57,426 bases of DNA from Hydrolagus affinis (lineage: Eukaryota). The position numbers and the translations under genes were made by a program. This document shows positions 13,366 through 28,240 of this stretch, in pieces (position 1 is the first letter of the stretch; each line of letters begins with the position of its first letter). Under the pieces are notes generated by a model, which searched no databases, was not told the DNA's origin, and saw nothing but the letters and a program-made list of their open reading frames with translations. The stretch is taken from the NCBI GenBank assembly GCA_012026655.1, contig JAAILG010002141.1:1-57426 (forward strand), written 5' to 3'.

Positions 13366-13624
13366 GGTACCAACAAATGATTTCAGTGCTGCAAGACAGT
13401 TTTCAGATTTGGATAATTAAAAAAACTTTTAGATTTGGTCTTGTAGTTCTGTAGTGGGATCTGAACCTCTCCATTAGACCACAGACTTGCAATCACTGTC
13501 AGGTAATGACCAGAATATAAACCATTGAAATTCCTTAATAAAAATGAGTATGTTAGAGGCCACTTAATTCATCAAGCCTGCTTTTTTCCACAATCATGTG
13601 CACACTTGTCTTCTCCAAATAAAT

Positions 13625-13945
13625 ATTGTTACAGGAAGAGGCCATTCAGCCTGTCAAGCCTATTCCAACATTTTATTAAATCAAGGCAGATCTTTTAATT
13701 TTTCTCATTATCCCTTAAAACAAAATCTTGCCATGGTTTTATTTATTCCTTTAAACATCCCAATCAGTTCTACATCTAATGCTTTCTGGGGGAGTGAACT
13801 TGATATTCCCACTACCCATTATGTTATGAAATGATTTCTGACTTTAAGATGATAAATTCTTGTTCTAGGTCCTTCTGTCTAAGGGACCTAAGTTGCCCGT
13901 ATCTAGATCGTCAATTCCCCTCATGATTTCAAACACCTTAACCTT
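13625..13945 (-). mobile_element. Old degraded CR1 3' fragment
   Basis: aggaagaggccattcagcc is the reverse complement of the CR1 3'UTR motif ggctgaatggcct-cttcct; cccctcatgatttcaaacacc encodes VFEIMRG on the minus strand. Confidence 0.65.
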
Positions 13946-16900
13946 TGCAGCTCTACAGAGTTTACTTAGAATGGAAGAAGGCAAGCTTCTCCCTGCTTCC
14001 ATCAGCCAAATCAAGCTGATCTCGATAAAAGCTATTCTTACATCTGACATTATATACTGTTTGACCCTTTGCTTTGATTAATTTGAGACTTCCTTCGGAA
14101 GCAGCTCAGGAACCACCATACTGCACACCAGATTCAATTGTCTCCAATTTAATTTGTGATTCTCCTGGAATTCCTAGCTTTGTTGGAAAATGTTAGATTG
14201 AGATTCAGAGTAACTTGATTGGCTTCAGAGCTAAGGAAGAATTACAATTTCTTTTTGTTGTCTGAGAATAACATCTATGCTTATTGCCTTTAACCTCAAT
14301 GTATAAATGAATTAGGGAAAATGTAATCAATGTTACAAATTTAATCAATGATATGTGACCCATTGGAAAGAGGGATTAATTGGACTTTTTTTGCATGCAT
14401 TTGCATTTTCTTTTTCCAGGCACAGTTATAATGGCACTACAGTATTTAGTATACAGTACAATGGGTTAACATTTGCACAAAACTTCATCTTCTCTTTCAC
14501 AAGGTTGGCATAGGGGGCTGTCAATATCTTTCTATCTCCCCACCTTTTCTGCAGGACCACAGATTGCAACTGATGTTTTTTTTTAAAAGATGCCTGGTGA
14601 CTTTAATTACCTCTAGGGCTGAGAAAGTAAACAGCTAGTTTCACAGCACAACGCTCTCGAGGATGGAAAATGCCTCAATAAGCAAAAATAAAATAACGTA
14701 CTGGACATTACTAATCAGCTGCTCACTCCTGTATTAAAAAAGGTAATTGCATCATTTTTCAGTCTGCCCACTGCGCCTTAGAAAGAGACTGGTCCCATTA
14801 ATCGTCTTCCTGGAATAAATGATTTAAGGTTAATGTTTTAATCATAGGTCACTTTCTTGTTCCTTAAACCAATCTTTAAAGTATTACATTAAATGCAGGA
14901 GCTCTTTTTGAATCTGTGCATCTGTTTCTGGTATTTGTTGGACAAGGATGCATTGTCTGCTTATTGTTCAAAACCATACTGCAACCAGCCTAAACCAATC
15001 ACCAATTCAATATTTACAACCCGTAGCCATCCGTGGACTACATTAGTCACTAATTGAAGGTGCAAAATGTCAGTTCCCATCCCTATCAGACCACTTTGTT
15101 AGTTACTTCACTGTAACACTTATTCTGCTGCACTGCCATTTAAGGAACAATGTGACATCCAAGCTCACATCTATCTGACTGCCTCAGAGATACAGTGCAT
15201 TTATCTGATAAGATCAACCACCACAATACAGTATTGCCATTGCGTTTTTGACAGATACTTGTTGCACCTATCAGTCTGTTTAACCAGCTGTTACTGGCCA
15301 TTTACTAACCATTCAGAAGCTCAGTGGTCTGTGTAATAGAATTCATCTCTTTATAATTAAATGATTTGCACTAGACACTTCACAACTTAGTATATCATTT
15401 TTAACCTGCATTGACCTTCTCTGAGTCAATTAAATGAGCTTGTTAAAACTCATGGAAGAAATTAGTTAAGATTGCTATGAAATGGCACACAGCATATTGC
15501 AAATTGATTTAGGCAATCATCGGTTTAAATCATGATAGTCCACCAAATTCACTACATAATGTGTGACAGTATTCATAGTTTATGGTCCTTGAGTTTTTTC
15601 TATCATCATGTATGACCCATGTCAACTCAATCTAAAGCCACTGTCAATACTTGTTGTTGTCTGTTCTAAAATTTCCGTTTGCAATTCCTAAACCATGTGT
15701 CTTCTTGTTTTGCTGCTTCAAGATATATCTGAAAGTATTCTGCTGGATTTATTTTGTCAATCCCATTTAAAATCTTATATACTGTACTTGTTTAAGTTCC
15801 CCACTGAAATGGCTCATTTGAAGACTGAAGAGTCTTAGCTTGTCATAGATCATTCGTCATGGCTCACTTTTCCGACACTGATGAACATCCAAAGTGTTCT
15901 CATTCATAACAGAATTAAATACTCCACAAAAACTAGAAAGCCCTGACCTGTACCATGTTCTCCCTTATGTTACCATTTTCAATTACACCGTATAAGGTTT
16001 CCATTAAAGATAGCCCTGATGGAAAAACTCCTTTATTTGGAAATTAATTTAGTTAATTATTACATTGTGTTCTTCGAGCTGAAGATTATTCATCTTGGAG
16101 TATAGAAAAATCGAATTTCATCACCAAGTGTCAACATCAAACATCAGTTATGCCACAATAAGCTGAAAAAAAAACTTTTGAGTCTCAGCTTTAAATGAAC
16201 ACTGCTAATGCCCCATTCTTACATTTCTGTAGAAAGAAGTCATAACTTTATTACTAAGTATGTTACATTAAAGTTCGTCTTCGGTTATTGATCCATGTTC
16301 ACTTGGAACCAGATCAAGCTATCTCAAACTCATTCATGTAGAAACCACATGAGAGCAAGACTTCCATCACTCAGCCAGAATTTAACCCAAGTCCCAGAGT
16401 GTACTAAACCACTTGAACACTCTGTTTCTTTACTTTTCCCACTCGCTTTAACGTATGGATAAATTGAGTGGTTGGGTCTCATTTATTCTGCTTTTGTTTA
16501 CAGACCCATGATGTCTCTACATCTTCGTCCCAAGAATAGCATTGGTAGCCATTTAAGAGGAAACTAATTGGGCTACAAGCTGTAAAAGCCCTCTCCCAGC
16601 TCTCATTTGTCATTTATAGGAATTCCATTAACTGTAATTAAAATTCACAGAATTCAGAAAGTCGAAAATCCCCAATAGAGTGCACAATGTATAAATTACG
16701 GGTTTTTATGGACTCATTAGGATTTCACAGGCCTGGGGCAATTGTCCGAAATACATCCAACCTTTTATTTCCCTAGTAATTACTCATTACAGACTTTGGT
16801 TCATATTGTGCTCTCCCAATTCCTTTTTCAAATCTACTCCAGAACCTTTTGGGATAATTTTCCTTTGTCAATAAAGGTTTGATGGCTGATAATGAATGTT

Positions 16901-17689
16901 AATTGAACCCATCAAAATTATTTGAATGATTTTTAGAATAATGGTTGATGAAATTGCACCTAGTTACATGGGAAACACCGCGCACAGACGTTGCAGCAAG
17001 AATCACTTTGATTAGGTTTGGTGGCATCACAATACAATGAAAGCAAAGAAGAATAAATAGGTATCTGCTATTCTCTGCAATATTCAGTGTAATTATTTTC
17101 TGAACGTTACTTTCTGTAATGTAGCATGACCAGTGTGATCGAGCTGAAAAGGCAATAGTGGTCATGTCTAGCCTGAAGATATATTAAATTGTGTGACACA
17201 ATCTGCATCAGGGTGACTTTTTCTGGTGAATGCATTCCAAATAAATAACCCATTCATTATAAATGACAAAGTATGAGTAACAGATGGCTGTCAGTGAGTT
17301 ATGAAGTAGAGTGTCAGTTACATTAAAGCTCTGTTAGAGTGGAGTGGAGTGCAGGATTAGATTATTTTTATAAACTCACAATCATAGATTTAATATTTTG
17401 CCTTGTTTAACGATTATGATGTTGGGTAGAGATGAACACAACTAATGTAATTAGTAGTTACATGGTAACAAAATGATAGGATGTCAAAATATACTGACAT
17501 GGCGTGAAGTATTATAACTACATGAGGTGATTCTTGGATGACCAGGAAATGCATAATTCCATATAAACTACACACCATATAAACTACATTGATTGATTAC
17601 CCACAAGCTTTCCAGAAGTACCTGTGGCCATTTTTCTCCAGGTTCCATTCTCCAGGAATTGAACAGATTAGTTGAGGCACAGATCAGCC

Positions 17690-17724
17690 ATGATGATGAT
17701 GATGATGATGATAATAATAATAAT
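17690..17724. repeat. Compound microsatellite (GAT)n(AAT)n
   Basis: Read directly; abuts the SINE starting at 17725. Confidence 0.9.
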
Positions 17725-17940
17725 CACACGCCTAATAATAATCCCTCAAGAAGAAAAAACAATAATACAATTGGTTACTTCAATTCACAATCATTTGTGG
17801 GACACTGATATGCGCAATTGGCTGCCATGTTTCGCCCACAAATATACAGTCACTTCACTTTACAGCATTTTATGTGAAGCGCTTTGAGACATCTAAAGGA
17901 CATGAAAAGTGCTATATCAAATGCAAGGATTATTATTATT
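17725..17940 (+). mobile_element. 5'-truncated SINE, (TTA)n-tail family
   Basis: cacacgcctaataataatccc...tgcgcaattggctgcc...cactttacag...gcgctttgagacatct...gctatatcaaatgcaaggattattatt. Confidence 0.9.
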
Positions 17941-17948
17941 ATCTAATT

Positions 17949-18025
17949 AAATGGCGGAACAGGTTCGAAGGGCTGAATGGCCTACTCCTGTTCAAATGTT
18001 CCTTGTTTTTTTGTGTTTATGTTCC
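17949..18025 (+). mobile_element. CR1-type 3' terminus
   Basis: acaggttcgaagggctgaatggcctactcctgttc...atgttcct: CR1 3'UTR motif plus terminal repeat. Confidence 0.75.
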
Positions 18026-18892
18026 TCCTCCAGAAGTGTTTTTGAATGGAGAAGTTAATTCTTTGAAGACTTCGTCCTTTTAATTTAACTCAATGAACTG
18101 TTGTATGATGGCTCTTTCATGGTCACCGAGCATTAGCCTATTTCAATCAATATTACTCTTCTTTCTAACAGTGATTCACTGTAAGTGACCTAACAGAGGT
18201 GGAGTCAGCAATTCCTCACCAAAAGCCATCAGTTAAACCATTTTAAAAGTTACTATCAACAGCCTTTCTAAAAATACTTTCAAAGTAATGTTCCAATTGT
18301 ACACTTTAATCCGTTTCATGATTTCAAACTATTTTAGATTTTCTTTGAACTTCCATTTTTGTGGCACCTTATGATATTAAATACATGTCACAGTTAACTG
18401 CTGTCAATTGTCGAGACTGTTTTGTGGATTATTTTCAAGAAGAGTAGGAAATGTAAGCAAAACCAGTGAAAACACCATGCCATTATATCTGGCAGAGGAT
18501 GTAGTGAATAGTAATTCACGTCTTCAAGGTTATTCAAAGGAACTGTGATCACCCTAAAAACACACAACTAAACAAAAGCCAGCCATGGCACTTTGATAAT
18601 TTGTGTGCTGCGCAAGGACATATGTGACACTATAAAGCACTGCATTTTAGTGAATTAGCAGTGCAAGAAAACAATGTGTTAGAATCAATTTGTTAGAATC
18701 AAAGGCAAACTATAAATTTCCATTCCCAAAGAACTGTGAGAAGCACTATCGTTATTACTGCTCTTCCTTGGAAGCAGGTATCTGTTCAGATATAATTAGG
18801 TTTCTTCAAACAATATGTGTAAGAGGAAACTATATTCATGTTCAATTAGCTGAGGCTGATGATCACATTTTGAACATCTGCAACCACAACTA

Positions 18893-19000
18893 CAATAAAA
18901 GCCCATTTATCCATGACCCAATCAACCGTATAACCGGCTCCTCAAAAAAAAAGTCCGCATTTGATTAACTGGAATTTATCTGGAACAATGCATTTTTTTA
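18893..19000. mobile_element. Partial second copy of the 5275-5486 MITE, opposite orientation
   Basis: TA-caataaaagcccatttatcc...aaaaaagtccgcatttgattaactggaatttatc...aatgcatt aligns to the reverse complement of 5380-5486. Confidence 0.75.
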
Positions 19001-20554
19001 AATTAAAAAGTGAACTAACTGTATATTTGTGGACAAAATTTCCATTTGTAAAGTGACCTTCACCCCCATGGATAGTGCCTTGGTGTGCCTAGAGTAAGGT
19101 ATTAATGATATTTTCTCCCTGCTCCTCTCACCTGTCCTGCTGTCCTGTCACTCGGACAGTCATGGTCCAAGGAATGAACTCACAGTAAAGTGCTCCCTTC
19201 CAGTGAGGCATTGTCTGGCTTTCACTCACAATCAACATACAATAATACACATCAGATCAGGAACTCAGCATTGCAACTATAAATTTCCATTCCCTTAACA
19301 ATGGTATTTCCAATGTGAAGCATTGGTGTGCTGCTATTAGCATTCTTCATTCACCTCTTCTAAAGTTCCTTATTCTAAAACCAGGTAGCAATTTGCAAAT
19401 AAATTATTTGAATTCAAACCAGTCCTTGGTTTATGTGTAGGTTCTCTTTGTAAAATATATATTTTGCACAGTAGTAGCAGAAAAATTTGAACTTAGAAAT
19501 AAATTTGTCAAAAAGAGAGAAGACCTATGCCTCTCCTTTTAGATTGCAACTAATCTAAAGGGAATCTAATTCGTTATCATCAATTCTCGTGTGTATGGAC
19601 TGTTTCCAACATATTGCAGACCACTTATTTCTTGATGTACCTAATTCGGGAATTAAGCAATAGTAATGTTATGATTTGCAATTGTGATAGTAGGCCTCAG
19701 TTTGCCAGACCTTACGTAAATGTCAAAGATTGCAACAGAGATGTTAAAATAAATAGGTTTTCAACCAGGTTTCACTATGACAGACAATTCTAGAAACAGA
19801 ATTTTCAGTACAAAAATACACTTTATGACCTATTGTGCCTGGGCTGTGCTAACTCTGTGCAATCTGCTCTAATTTCATCTTCCTACTCCTCTTTGCCCTT
19901 TGATATTTTTAATCTTCATGTTTTCATCAAGTTCCCTTTTAAATGTCATAATTGGCTCAGCTTCAATGGCCACTTGGGTAAGATTTTGTTAATAAATCTT
20001 TGTGTAAAAATAATTATGCAAAATCCCATTTTAAAAAGGTTCCAAGGAAACATACAAAGCTGGCTCTCAATTCACACCATAAGGTTTTTGACTTTGCAAG
20101 CCAGAAATTACATTTTCTATAAAAATGATTTAAGCAGGTGTAAATGTCATCATCTCAACTGCAGACATTACTAGTCGGGAGTGGAAGTAAGAATGGCAAC
20201 AACAGAAAATATGAGCCAATCAATTTTTATAACAGGAATATATTTGACAGAGAGGGTTTTAAACTTGAGTCATCAAACCTCGTGGAAGAACCCAGAATAA
20301 GGTCTATGTGCTGCTCAGGCAATGATCCATGTTGGGGCACTGCTGTTTATACATTGGGGCACTCCGCACTGCATTAGTTTGGTGGGGAGGGAGAGGGTGG
20401 GGGAGCAAATCATCTCAGCGGCTATTATATCAATCAGCGCAGTTTTTGTGTTACAAAAAATCAAACTTTATACACAGTAAAGACCTCAGATTAGGTAAGC
20501 ATGGTGCATCCCTCTGGGAAGAGAGTATATACTCACGAACAAACTGAAGCCATG

Positions 20555-20587
20555 TATATATATAACTTATATTAATTGTTATATATC

Positions 20588-20619
<32 letters not shown>

Positions 20620-20620
20620 G
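20555..20620. repeat. Imperfect (TA)n microsatellite
   Basis: Read directly. Confidence 0.9.
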
Positions 20621-22469
20621 ATAACTTTTAGTAGTTTGGTTTGGTGACTGTGAAGCATGGTTATGGTTTTCTGTACATGGCTGATATCCAGCTGACTAGA
20701 AAACACTTTTGAATCACAACTTACATAGGTTATATCAGTCAGACCATAAAAGGTTTTAACATTTTATTCTTGTTATTATAATATTTCAACCACATTTTTT
20801 TTAGTCTATTGTATTTGTATTTTAACAAATATTCTGTTCAGTTTCTACAGCTATGCCCATGATGTCTTCTACACTGAGAATGATATTACAGCATGAACTT
20901 ATCTTTAACTGACCTCAAGAGATGCTGAACATCATTGTTTCCGGCCATCCTCTGTCAGCATGTGTCAGGCTCTATTTCTGTCATGGGAATCATAGATTCT
21001 GTAAATTTACTGTCTGTGTTGAAACAAATCATGAAGGGCCAGTGATGGAAAAAATGCAATGTTACCGACTCCAGAACTCAGGAGCCAGGATGAGAAAAAT
21101 CAATAGTTCACTGCAACAAATCACAACCTGATAAACTCAATGTCAGGTGAACACTATGGGACTTTGATTTCCCACACTAACCATGTATCTGAGTAAAGTT
21201 CAGTATGCTAATTAGCACCGTATTAAAGGCAGGTTTGCACTATAAAACTGTGCTCTTCCCCTAAGAACAGTTTTGAGTCCAGTATTCATTTTACATAGGA
21301 TCCTTACAGCTGCAGAGAAAGTATTTTTTTTCCCTTCAACTGTAATCTCTTGTTGCATTAAAGTTGTCAATGCCTCTCTGTAGCTGAGGAGCTCAGAATA
21401 ACTAGTCCTACAATATTCCTGCCTCCTGTGAGTAGTTTGGGCTTTGCTGGAATGTACTGTATGGGCAATTCTAAGCATAAATAATATTCTACCACTCCAA
21501 AACATGACAAATATGATGCTCTGGAGGAAGACTTTCACACCATTATCCTCGGTGCAGAAAAAGAATATCAGTGTATCTAACCATTGCACACTACAGTTTC
21601 CCTATTTTCCTTCTATTTCATGTAAATTTGGTAACTGGAAAATAAGATAGAACTTGAAGCAGTTAACTGAATCGTCTGAAATTACTACATTATGCTACAG
21701 TATATACCTGACCTCTGTACATATTTTATACTAAAATAAAAAGATAGACAAAATACAGTAAAAAGGGTACAATCTTCAGATTTGTTTACTGGTATATTGT
21801 TGATATATACTAGCAAACTTCAGGAGTATTTTACTGGTGTATTTTGAATTCTCTGCAATAAAATGTACTCAAGATAGTCTAAAAATGAATCCTCTGGTTG
21901 CTGCCTAGGATTCTTAACTTGACAGCAGCTTTGACATCAAGTGCTGTAATGACAGATTCTGAGGTTGAGTAAAGTGGTGGCATTTACTGGCAGCTTTTAC
22001 AATAGTTCTTTGCCAATTGTAATGCTTTTTTTGTTCATTTAATTTTAGCCTTCTCTGTAAGCTAAGATGGATATTAAAAATATTTATTCATATCTCTGAA
22101 ACATTAAGCTTCACTGAAACTTTTTGACAAGGTCAAGTCAGTTGTTGCTTTCTTTACAAAAAAAAGCTATGCAGCAAATGAGTCATAAGCATTTACAAAA
22201 CCAAATGGCACAGAAAATTCTATTATACACTCGTTTCCATAAAACTTGTCCTCCCAGAGTCTGTATTATACAACAAACAATAGGCAGGAAATCCTGCAGT
22301 ACTGTGACTCCCGCCATCTGACTTTATATTTGAAAATGTTCTTCTTCATGGAAGTATGTGCCCATGAGAGTTCTCCATCCAATAGACACATTCACCTACG
22401 AAATACAGTTACTAAACTTCAGATAGTTACACTAGTTCACCGTTAATTTGCTCACTCAGACAATTGATG

Positions 22470-22648
22470 GGATTTGAAGTCAAAATAAGGTGGTAGAGGG
22501 AGTGTTTTCAAGAGGGAAGTACTGTAGATGGTTTGAAGGGGTGTGGGAATAGGACAGGTTTGTGGGATTGAAAGAGCAGCTTGCTCAGAGCCATGCAGGC
22601 TCAATGAGCTGAATGGCCTCCTTCTGCGCTGTAAATTTCTGTGAATCT
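22470..22648 (+). mobile_element. CR1 3' fragment, followed by a solo SINE tail at about 22680-22715
   Basis: gctcaatgagctgaatggcctccttctgcgctgtaaatttctgtga is a CR1 3'UTR motif. Confidence 0.7.
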
Positions 22649-23938
22649 TTCCCGTGAAGCAGGATGTTCTCTTGAGTGAATGACACTATATCAAATGCAA
22701 GGATTATCATTATAGTATTATTAGTATTTTGGCCTTCTGATTTGCAGTTAGAGTTCTGGTGCATAGCACGCATCTTGCACTGTCACTCTACATTATGATC
22801 AAACAACATTTTAAATTACCATTTTTGAATTATTTTTAGATGCTAAGAAACACTGTAACATATTACAAGTTCCACATGAGAAGCTTGAAACCCTATGCAA
22901 TGAAAAGACAACATTACAGATGCAACTAGCAAAGTATTTTCTCTTGCCTTAAGGCACAAAAAGGAACATTAATGTTCATCTCCAATTTATCTTCCAGAAC
23001 TGTTTGATGTAAAACATTATTGCAAGCTTGAGGCTTTAAATTGCAACGTTGGTAAAGGTTTTATCAGTGTTTAAAGCATAATTCATATCAAGCATCGGTC
23101 TGTGCAGGATTTGATATAATAGGTACAACTACATTATTTGCTCATCCGTGGGAGCTGGCGAAGGAAAAAGCTCTCACATTCATGGACACTCACCAAGGGT
23201 CGTCATCCGGTACGTACTGACATGTGCAGGATTACCGTAAAGTCAGAATTGGTCTTTTACTAATCAAGGAGTCATCAAGGAGTGAGCACCATTGCAGTTA
23301 AACCCCAATGTTCTTGTGGTGATGCATATCTCAACCATATGGAAAATATTCTCAATATTATCCCTTAATTTCTCCCCCTAACAATTCACCTCCCACCCCC
23401 ACCCAAAGAGATTGGAGATATACAAACAAACAAAATTATTACCATATAAATTATGTCAACTCACTGACCACGGAAATATCTTGTAACCAAGCCAGATGTC
23501 TATTATTCTTTATATCAACAAGATGAACCCTTCGATGAGATTAGACATTAGGCAGGTATATGAAGGATAGAGGCTTGAAGGGTCATGGGGATAAAACAGG
23601 GATTTGGGCTTGAACGAACCTGCTCCATGCCAGACTTGCTCCATGAACCAGTGAAGACGCAATGAGCCAAATTATCCCCTATTGTGCTGCAAAATGTCAA
23701 TGATTCTACGTAACTGCTTTCAGATACTGAATCTATTCTTCTCAATTTAAATCCTATGGTAATAAGAAACAGAAGTATTCACTTATCCATAATATATTTC
23801 AGTTCTTCCATTACTCCTGACATTTTCTATTCACTGAAGAGTGCAATGTTTGTTTCATCCCATTGGCAAATTTGCCCATGTGCTTCTATTAAAATTCTTG
23901 TTTTGTCAGAGAAACCAATAGTTTCTCATTGTTCCACA

Positions 23939-25291
23939 GACTAGTAAGTTTGACGCCCACTGTGGGTAAAATTATGGAGACTTTATTAAGGATAAACTCA
24001 TAGAGCATCTGGATAGAACTAAAATCATAAATGATAGTCAATATGGGTTCATGAAGGGATGGTCTCGCCAAACAAATTACTGCTTTTCTTTGATGGTGTG
24101 ACAAGGGAGCTTAATAAGGGTAAGGCTGTGGATGTTATATATCTGGATTTCAGTGAGGCCTTTGATACAGTTCCTGTTGAGAGACTGGTACTGAAAGTAA
24201 AGAAAGCAGGAATCAATGGAGGTATATTACAATGGATACACAATTGGTTGACAGGAAGACCCAGAGGGTGCTGGTACAGGGAATGTCACCAGACTAGGAA
24301 AATGTTACCAGTGGAGTCTGTTTTGGGACCTCTTTTGTTTAATATTTTTATAAATGATCTAGAACTAGTAGTTGTAAGCACGTTTGCAGAAGACACCGAG
24401 CTGATGAAGATGGTAGATTGCAATGCTGAACAAGATATGTTACAGGAGGATTTGAACATATGTGGGAATTGGGCAGATCATGGCAAATTAAGTTAAATGT
24501 GGAGACATGGGGACAAAAATCCTGGAAGGGACTATTATTTGAATGGAAGGAAAATAATATGCATGGGAAATGAGAAGGACCTGGGGGTCTTGATTAACAA
24601 TAAATTGAAGCTCTTCCAACAATGCTCTGTGGCAGTGAATGAAACAAACCAGATGTTGGTTGTATCAAAAGATTGATATCAAGCCAAAATAGTGGGATAA
24701 CCCTGCCTTTGTATAAATCATTGGTGAGACCATACTTAGCAAGTACTGTGTACAGATCTGGTTGCCCCAGTACATAAAGGATATTGGAGAAATCGAGAAG
24801 ATCCAGAGGAGGCCAACCAAAATTATTGAAGAAATGGAATGACTGGACTGTGAGGAGCAACTAAGTAAATTGGGTATGTTCACACTGGAAAAGAGAAGAT
24901 TGAGAGGCAATAATGATTGCTGTCTTTAAGATTCTATAGGGGTGAGACAATATACATCATGACTGGCTGTTTCAACTTGCCAGAATAGTAAAACTAAAGG
25001 ACATGGCCTGCGATTGAAAGGGATAAATTTAGAACTAATCCATGCAAACACTATTTCAGTGAACAAATAGTGAACCTATGAAAATAGGATCCCTAGGGAG
25101 ACATTTGAAGCAGGAAGTGTTGATTCTTTCAAACATGGATTAGATAGTTTTCTTTAGGAAATAACATTATGGGAAATACTACATAGATAGTTTGTGACAT
25201 ATGTGCTTGCGATCACCAGGAAGGTGAAGGGAAACAAGGTGGAATTTGGTCTTTTTTTGTCTAGCATTTCTTATGTTCTTGTTCTTATGTT
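23939..25291 (+). mobile_element. 5'-truncated, frameshifted CR1 LINE (RT domain through 3'UTR)
   Basis: Motifs VSLTPTVGKIME, SQYGFMKG, KAVDVIYLDFSEAFDTVP, LQWIHNWL, SVLGPLLFNIFINDL, FAEDT (degenerate F/YADD), EKDLGV, LYKSLVRP and FTLEKRRLRG; ends in ttcttatgttctt repeats. Confidence 0.95.
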
Positions 25292-26056
25292 AAACTGCAA
25301 ACAATAACTGCGCAAGATCAAGATCATAACTTATGAATATGCTATAGTTTAGTCCTTTTTCATTATTTTAACGTTCTCTTTATAATAAAATCTTAGCAGA
25401 TTTAGGCTTTGTTTGGGTTTCGTTTGAATTCATTGGGAGCTCTGTGGTGTGGTGAGCACAGTTTGGGAGGAGGTAAATAACAGTTTTGTTTGGGGGGGGG
25501 GGGTGTTGGGAGAGTACAATAAATCTTTCTAAGTAATTAATTTATATCTGCCACTAATGGGACAGTAGGAAGCACTGTTATACTCAGATTAATCCTGTAT
25601 TTTAATTAAGAAGAAATGAACATGACAGGAACTCAGCACATTGTTGCACTGGCTCTTGCTGCATTTTGACAGCATCACTTACTTAAGACTACCATAACAC
25701 ATTGTCCTGTTAAGAGGGGTGGGTTGTTCTGACCTTATCACAATTGATCAGAAATTTAAACAAAGGCATTTGTACTCATATGCCACTTTACCAGGTTTGC
25801 AAGGAGAAGACATTATCCAAAGTGGTGATACAATGTGGTCCTTATAATCTCTTTGCTAATAATACTCCAGTTGGCTTATTATTTTATAGACATTGTGAAA
25901 AGATCTTCATTTTTAGCGTCTGGATTATGATAAATCCCATGACAATAATATGTCACTCACATCTGCCAATGATGAAATCTGCATTGTAAGAGTTAATAAA
26001 TTTGTTGCAGCATAAACCATCCTGGTGGCCGGCCAATAATGTTAGCCTGTGTGTGT

Positions 26057-26400
26057 GTCAGCCTGACTCAATTGGTAGCATTCTCTTGGAGTCAGAAGGT
26101 TGTTAGTTCAAGACCCATGTCATGTATTGGAACTCACATAGCCAAAGCTGACATGCCAGTGATGTGTTGGGTGTCGGCTTTCAGTTGCCCATTCAGATGG
26201 ATAGCATGATTTAAAAAGAGAAGAGAGTTTCCCCTAGTGTTTTTAACCTTCATTATCCCGAGGTAAAATTAATAATTCACTTTTCAGCTGTTGCTGGGTA
26301 TGGGGCATTGAAATATGAAAATGGCTACTGCATTTGCTTTCAAAATACACATTCACTAAACTTTACAGTAAATCCTGTGAAGTGCTTTGAGACGTAAAAG
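26057..26400 (+). mobile_element. Old SacSINE1/Deu-type tRNA SINE
   Basis: Head gtcagcctgactcaattggtagcattctc...gagtcagaaggttgttagttcaag, a degenerate Deu core, and tail ctttacagtaaatcctgtgaagtgctttgagacgt. Confidence 0.7.
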
Positions 26401-26409
26401 ATGTTCAAT

Positions 26410-26480
26410 CACTCAATCAATCAAAACTTTATATAGCGCCTTTCACGTCGAGAGGACGTCCCAAGGCGCTGTACAGTTAG
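26410..26480 (-). mobile_element. Solo L2 3' tail with an intact stem-loop
   Basis: Minus strand reads agcgccttgggacgtcctctcgacgtgaaaggcgctatataaa. Confidence 0.85.
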
Positions 26481-28130
26481 GTAGGGACAAATGTCAAATG
26501 TAAAAATTCTTATTCAGTCAATTCTGAAATGGTTCCATGATCTGAACTATCTTCAAAGCTGGAACTTTGTCCTTTTAAGCAATGACTTTTTGAAATTCAC
26601 GTTTACTTACTGTTTTTCTGCTGGGCAGTAATACATCAGGAAGGTATACAAAGATTACTGATGTTACGACATCAAGGCTTACACGATAAATTCATTACTT
26701 TTATTATAATTTACATAATGACTTTAGGTAAAACGTGAAACTGATAGAAATCTAGTTAAGTTCATATTGCAGAACGAATGTTCCTTGGAATTCAAGGTGT
26801 ACTTATACTAGCAGAAGAACCATACTGGGCTGTTTCATTGCATTAGTTACTATGGAAACATCATCCACATAGAATTATAAGGATCTCATAACATCATGGA
26901 GGCTGCTCCAGAAATTAGGGATGCTCAAAAAGCAATTTTACAAAATGATTGCCTGGAGGACAGGAACTCATGGAGCATCAGAATCAATGAGGTCATGTTA
27001 TGTATACACATCAAAAGCATTAATGCACGTTAATTTTTCTGTAAACTGCATTCACCATCTTATAAATTAGATGTTCTCCCAATGCAAACCCCACTCAATC
27101 ACTGTGCAGCTTGCACAGGATGATATAATGACCCAATATGTTTACCACCTTGTGCTTGTACCTCTGATGAACACCTTTGCAAGTATCAATATTTGAATGA
27201 GAGGCCAACACTTTAACAATCCACTATAAAGACAACATAAGTGGCATAAAACAGCTTCACATTTAATTTTAATGAAAGTACTCCAGTGTGTTTGCCAGCA
27301 AAAACAATAAAATATTAACAATTAGTTTTATATTGTACTTTCTAAAGATAAATTCTCACAATATAGGGTATTGTTTTCTGAAGTTAACCTTTCTAAACTA
27401 TTATTTTCATCAAATTAGATTGAATCCTTCATACATGCATTCCCATTTCTGTACTTGCAGATTCTGTTAATATGTAATGTAAACATTATTAATTAGTGAC
27501 CATTATTGAGTTAATAGTTTGGCAACACAAGTCAACAGTATCTGATAAAGTAGGCTAAGCATGGGTCCATATTAACATGAACTGTGGATCTTAGTTTCAC
27601 AGGGCTTAATATTTACGCATCACATGTCTATTCAAATTGAATAAATATTCATTTAACCACATACGTATGCTAACACTTCTATCTTGCGTGAGATCTGCCA
27701 ATGATTGTGTTCTCGTTTACACCTTCCACGCAAACTTTTAGACTTTCTTCCGTTTTCCAAGTAAAGTTCTTGATTCTCACAATAATCGCTTGGGCAGAAC
27801 AATTCCTGTGGGTGGAATGACTCACAAAATTCTTTTTATTAAAGGCATTACAATTGCTAGGGTTTGCAACTAGAAAATAAGTAGAGACAAACTACTGTAT
27901 ATCACAAAATGAAATGTTGACTTAAGAGAGACCTTTGGAAAGCTGTCTTATAGAAATCATTCCCTCAGGAATTCTCTCCTTGTTGGTAACCTCACCCCCT
28001 CCCTCTCAGTCTTTGCTCAATGACCTTCTGCAATTATTGTATTTGTTTGAGCTCAGAAACGCTATTGCAGCTGCATACTCTGCTGTACATTGAATGATCA
28101 ACAAATTGCAACAATGGGTTAGATAGTCAT

Positions 28131-28240
28131 AAAACAACACAAAATGCTCCAGATGCTGCAAATCTGAAACACAAACTCACTTTCCTTTCTACAGAGATGC
28201 CGTCTGACTCGCTAAGACTTCCCAGCAACATCTGTTTTGG
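28131..28240. mobile_element. Short Penelope-like pLTR remnant with an internal inversion and probable TSD
   Basis: aaaatgctccagatgctgcaaatctgaaac is the reverse complement of the pLTR tail at 32928-32965, followed by a forward pLTR piece (agatgccgtctgactcgctaag...cccagca). Flanked by ttagatagtcat (28119-28130) and ttagttagtcat (28241-28252). Confidence 0.7.

Noticed and set aside
17559-17588. Short tandem duplication ccatataaactaca (others near 18678-18702 and 34177-34219)
   Set aside because: Ordinary slippage duplications with no further structure.
17593-17887. Poly-D/N and poly-M/I ORFs
   Set aside because: They are translations of a (GAT)n(AAT)n microsatellite plus a SINE.
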